From positions 1-48,008 of the IMG/VR virus record IMGVR_UViG_3300004112_000008: 48,008 nt of DNA. The stretch is one strand, 5' to 3'. How positions within the stretch are numbered: the stretch's first letter is position 1; every line of letters begins with the position of its first letter. This DNA is from a virus. Taxonomy: Duplodnaviria; Caudoviricetes. Below are positions 47,481 through 48,008 of this stretch, piece after piece. The notes under the pieces were generated by a model that saw only the letters and a program-made list of their open reading frames with translations, did not search any database and had not been told where the DNA came from. The translations under genes were made by a program, and so were the position numbers.

Positions 47481-48008
47481 TTTCGTCTTGGGCTTGGACG
47501 TCTCGACTTCTTGCACGGGTATCTGCGTCATTGACTCAATCATCCAGCCTGACGACAAAGGGTCGCACATCGTCCTCCTCGACAGGATCGAGTTCAAGAA
47601 GTGCAAGTCTTTCTGGGACAAAGCCGATGTCGTCGAAGGTGTCCTCTCTGACATTCTCCATCGCCAGAAGATCTCGCCGGCAGTCTTTGCTCTCGAGGAA
47701 CCTCTTCTCGGATTCTCCAAGGGTATGTCTTCAGCGGCTACCATCACGACGTTGATGCGTTTCAACGGCATCGTGTCTTACATCGGTAGAAGGGTGTTCG
47801 AAGTCGATCCCACATACTTGTCAGCTGCATCAGCAAGGAAGACCTGTGGAGTGAAGCTGCAGAAGACTTCGGTTGCCGGCATGCCGCACAAGGAGCAGGT
47901 CTTTAAACACATGACGGAGAACGACCTGAAGCACGTTGTGTGGCCCGCCAAGAAGAGCGGTGCACCTGTTGACTGGAGCAGAGACGCTACTGATGCCTAT
48001 GTGATCGC
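47473..48008 (+). CDS. ruvC: RuvC-like Holliday junction resolvase (partial, runs off the right edge; not in the ORF track)
   Basis: Manual translation from GTG 47473 gives MPNFVLGLDVSTSCTGICVID...FALEEPL...TLMRFNGIVSY...ARK...KEQV...DATDAYVI, with RuvC D/E/D-x-x-D acidic residues. Confidence 0.8.
   Translation, partial: MPNFVLGLDVSTSCTGICVIDSIIQPDDKGSHIVLLDRIEFKKCKSFWDKADVVEGVLSDILHRQKISPAVFALEEPLLGFSKGMSSAATITTLMRFNGIVSYIGRRVFEVDPTYLSAASARKTCGVKLQKTSVAGMPHKEQVFKHMTENDLKHVVWPAKKSGAPVDWSRDATDAYVI

Noticed and set aside
264-47771. Many short antisense or nested ORFs in the track (e.g. 264..575, 7907..8386, 47307..47771, 47531..47755)
   Set aside because: They lie within well-supported genes on another frame or strand and show no motifs.
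47473-48008. TnpB/Cas12-like RuvC nuclease
   Set aside because: The catalytic Asp is at the very N-terminus of a short protein with no Zn finger, which is a plain resolvase layout.
1-48008. Stop-codon reassignment as in some jumbo phages
   Set aside because: Genes are full length in code 11, and TAA, TAG and TGA all terminate recognisable proteins at expected positions.
1-48008. Eukaryotic giant virus (NCLDV) origin suggested by the glycosylation genes
   Set aside because: Sigma factors, Shine-Dalgarno sites, coupled operons and a contractile-tail baseplate indicate a bacteriophage.

Overview
This window is a gene-dense 48 kb segment of a large contractile-tailed (myovirus-type, probably jumbo) bacteriophage in the standard genetic code. 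I saw no rRNA, tRNA, CRISPR array or transposon. The left arm (1-23991, minus strand) carries baseplate genes (gp6/J-like wedge, gp25-like, gp5-like hub, a Pro-rich protein with a CHAP-like hydrolase domain) and a T4 gp55-like late sigma factor. It also carries a ~14 kb glycan-building cluster: 7 glycosyltransferase genes, a UDP-sugar dehydrogenase, WbqC, a PIG-L deacetylase, methyltransferases and a kinase-methyltransferase fusion. After an AT-rich palindromic divergence point (~24000), the right arm (mostly plus strand) carries a degenerate GroEL-like gene, ClpP, a DinG-type helicase, an Hc1 histone-like protein, a stand-alone sigma region-4 protein (minus strand) and PIN-PhoH. It continues with ~15 kb of large virion structural genes, a gp4/TnsA-like nuclease, a methyltransferase and RuvC. 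The best candidate for a new system is phage-encoded glycosylation of its own virion proteins, with WbdD-like methyl-phosphate capping and a possible [ST]-G-[ST] acceptor motif enriched in some structural proteins. All calls come from motif recognition by eye; no database searches were run.
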